Assembly: GCA_012026655.1 (NCBI GenBank)
Contig: JAAILG010001164.1
Coordinates: 1-64,000 of the forward strand
Reading direction: 5' to 3'
From: Hydrolagus affinis
Lineage: Eukaryota
DNA length: 64,000 nt
A model generated the notes under the pieces. It did not search any database. It had not been told where the DNA came from and saw only the letters and a program-made list of their open reading frames with translations. The position numbers and the translations under genes are program-made. Below are positions 62,335 to 64,000 of this stretch, piece by piece. Position 1 is the stretch's first letter; each line of letters opens with the position of its first letter.

Positions 62335-62745
62335 TTCTCCTCTCTCGCTCCTCTTCCTCACTCTTTTTGCTTCTCTTATCCCCTTCATGCTCTCTCTCTC
62401 ACTACATCCTCTCACCTCACTGCACACCCTCGCTCTCCTCTATTCCATCTCACACTCTCTCTCTTTCCCACATCTCAATCCCCCCTTCTCCTATCTCTAT
62501 TCTCCCCCTTTCCATGTTTCTTTCTCTTCCCTTTTCCCTCACATTCTCTCTGAATCTCAGCCTTTCTCTATCTCCTACTTCACTCACACACCCCTCTCGC
62601 ATTCTCTCTCACACAATCTCTTCCCCCGCCCAATCTCAGTCTCTCATACAGGCTCACTCCCCCTTTCTCATTTCTCACACCCACATTTTCTCCTCTCTCA
62701 TTCAATCACTTTCCCCATCTGCCCCCACCCCCCCTCCCCACCATC
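62335..62745 (+). repeat. CT-rich low-complexity tract
   Basis: Near-pure polypyrimidine/CA; explains the S/L/H/P-rich ORFs. Confidence 0.9.
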
Positions 62746-62959
62746 AGCCACTTGAGTCACTATCTGTACTGACAGGTGCCAGCAGTTGCTAAGGACACGG
62801 TGCTTGTGGTCCTGACAGACTACAGTAATGGCCAGTATTATTTCCATTCTCTTTGCAGTGTACTCTCAATTGCCAGCTCCTGCCGCTGCACTGGAGCTGG
62901 TGGCAGTTAAGAGGGAGGAAGGCAGGGAAGGAGCAGAAGTTGCAATGCTGGAAATGGTC

Positions 62960-63022
62960 TTGGGCCAGATAAAATCACCAGCTGGGCCGATTGTGGCCCA
63001 AGGGCCGCTAGTTGGGACATTG
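62960..63022 (+). mobile_element. hAT-Charlie (MER30-like) DNA transposon subterminal remnant
   Basis: gggccagataaaa..gggccgattgtggcccaagggccgctagttgggaca, the repeated GGGCC motif typical of these ends. Confidence 0.6.
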
Positions 63023-64000
63023 TTAATGCACCCAGTGTTACCTTACTATATATATATTTTTTAAAAATCTCCTTTTAATTTAACCTAGATTTTTCTCTAA
63101 ATTATACCTCTGTTTACTAGCTAAAAAGAAAGCATGTAAAATTTTGACTTTTAATTCTCAAATTCCTTTGGAAGGTGCAGTAACTCATTGATAAATACAG
63201 CAGAGATGATTTTATATCTGATTTCTGCTATAATTGGGATTGGTCTCTTTACAGATAACAGTAGATAGACATGGACTAAATACAAATGAGCTACAATATT
63301 AATTAAAAGGTTCCATCAGTATTTATGCTTTCATTGTCGTACTATACTGTACTCTTCATTCTCTTTACCATACACATTCTTTACACTCTCTATGACTTTG
63401 ACTCTGCCTTTCTCTCCTTCCCCTACTTATTTTCTATTCTCTACTTTCTATCTCCTGAGCCAACCCTGGACTGTATAAAGTACTGTACAATAACGTAACA
63501 CTGTTGGGGAAAACTGTGTACTGGGTATTTGAGTGGTTGCTTCGAAAGCCACTCAAGGTTTTTTAAACATACAATATGAGCATAATATCACAAACGCGCA
63601 AAACACAATTTTTTATAACCGATATCCGAGCCTATTTACACTTTGGAACCCGATGGCAATTGCAGATTAATGGGGGAGGGGTTTTACTGTACTTTTCCCC
63701 AAACTATGTTTCAATAGAAATTAAATGTAAAAAAATAAATACAAAAAAATATTTTTTTACAAATATTTACTGTACATAAACTTTAAGGAGCCAGTAGCTT
63801 TAATGATATATTGTGACATGATTCAGCATTTCAGTTTCTTACAGAAATGCATCCAAAATTCTAAAATGTGGGTAAACACCAGTGAGATCACTTTAATTGC
63901 CAGACAGCTTCCGTGTATATGATTTTCATATCAAAAACTGACACTAACTTTGGGAACCTGCTGCCCCAGACATCAGGCCATTTTGACTTCCCACATTCCA

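Larger units (their letters stand above)
55181..64000 (-). other. SKAP2: SKAP2 intron upstream of last coding exon (continues beyond window)
   Basis: I found no exon for the N-terminal half of the SH3 domain by eye between 55181 and the window end. Confidence 0.7.

Noticed and set aside
62204-62792. 183-aa and 180-aa ORFs
   Set aside because: Stop-free because of the CT-rich low-complexity tract.

Overview
AT-rich, repeat-rich vertebrate genomic DNA, almost certainly from a cartilaginous fish. The SINE/LINE repertoire suggests a chimaera such as Callorhinchus milii (inference). The only protein-coding sequence I can support is missed by the ORF track: the last coding exon of SKAP2 on the minus strand (55078-55180, EYNSLGWWVGEMKGTIGLVPKVYLMEMYDI*). 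An intron follows 10 nt after the stop, then a probable 3'UTR exon (~53010-53530). In jawed vertebrates SKAP2 flanks the 3' (HOXA1) end of HoxA, so 1-53000 is probably the SNX10-SKAP2 intergenic part of the HoxA 3' regulatory domain (inferred from synteny). The rest is decayed CR1 and L2 LINE fragments, a young tRNA-derived SINE family (long and short forms), older Deu-domain SINEs, Penelope-type terminal remnants, a hAT end, simple repeats and a 180-N gap. Repeat-free enhancer-like islands lie between these. The best leads are a perfect DR5 retinoic-acid element overlapping a 17-bp palindrome (22399-22419), two islands 21 kb apart sharing the same homeodomain/CCAAT words, convergent CTCF-like motifs, and a hammerhead-like core in the SKAP2 intron. 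No novel coding system is evident, and all regulatory calls rest on motifs only.
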